Assembly: GCA_964016885.1 (NCBI GenBank)
Contig: OZ024760.1
Location: 23,932,001 to 23,996,000, forward strand
Direction: 5' to 3'
Length of the DNA stretch: 64,000 nt
Source: Eledone cirrhosa
Taxonomy: Eukaryota
Made by a program: the position numbers and the translations under genes. Each line of letters begins with the position of its first letter. Within the stretch, counting starts at the first letter, position 1. Positions 61,831 to 64,000 of this stretch are shown piece after piece. The notes under the pieces were generated by a model. It was given only the letters and a program-made list of their open reading frames with translations. It did no database searches and was not told the origin of the DNA.

Positions 61831-61899
61831 TTATATATATACATATTTTATACATACAGAAATACACTCATATATATTTATACATATACACGTATATAT

Positions 61900-61982
<83 letters not shown>

Positions 61983-61989
61983 TAAGTAT

Positions 61990-62283
61990 AAATAAAATAG
62001 ATGTTCTTTTGATCAATTACATTTTATTATACATATTTCGGATGTACAACAGTGCGTCCTCATCAGACAAAATATAATGATACATGACATACCCTGGGAT
62101 GTTAAATGGTACTGTTGTACATCGGAAATATGTATAATAAAATGTAATTGATCAAAAGAAGATCTATATTATTAATACTTATATTAATAACTCGTGAAAA
62201 TTATTTCAGTGGAGTGCTTCCAATCTACTGTAAAACTCATTCTTTGACATAATCTTCGAATATTGTTTAACAACTTAATACTA
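61990..62283. mobile_element. Fold-back family B element (complete HHR ~62020-62073 on minus; only the 3' half of the HHR on plus)
   Basis: Minus strand: CTGATGA-ggacgcac-tgtt-gtacatcc-GAAAtatgtaTA^ataaaat. The plus arm starts within stem II. GAGTGCT at 62212. Homologous to 28515-28760. Confidence 0.8.
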
Positions 62284-62395
62284 AATATATATATATATAT
62301 ATATATATAGGAACGAGTAGGACCCCGACGGCTGAGCTCAAGCCGTTTCGACGGCTAATTCTGGTCCACCGTGGATCCTTACCACATTTCCTTCG

Positions 62396-64000
<1,605 letters not shown>

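Overview
Eukaryotic, extremely AT-rich non-coding DNA dominated by (TA)n, (CA)n, (CATA)n, (GATA)n and trinucleotide-derived repeats. The repeat make-up resembles a cephalopod (Octopus-like) genome, which is an inference. No intact host gene is supported, and almost all ORFs in the supplied track are microsatellite artefacts. The non-microsatellite islands are mobile-element remnants: tRNA-derived SINEs, RTE-derived non-autonomous elements, Tx1/L1-like and RTE-like LINE 3' ends, an internally deleted mariner, a Penelope-like element (PLE) fragment with RT thumb, Cys motif and GIY-YIG, and a 6.5 kb 70-bp satellite that appears to be built from a mariner end. The main signal is about 30 type I hammerhead ribozyme (HHR) motifs, read by eye, in short (TA)n-embedded elements of three architectures. 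(i) Fold-back elements with head-to-head HHRs, where only the long arm carries a tail with a conserved GAGTGCT motif and usually a terminal hairpin. (ii) Tandem retrozyme-like arrays with 108-bp and ~313-bp units. (iii) A ~145-bp family whose HHR core carries the compensatory U3-A8 pair. Together they look like a PLE-mobilised, microsatellite-targeting ribozyme retroelement system. Coordinates were counted manually and may be off by a few bases.
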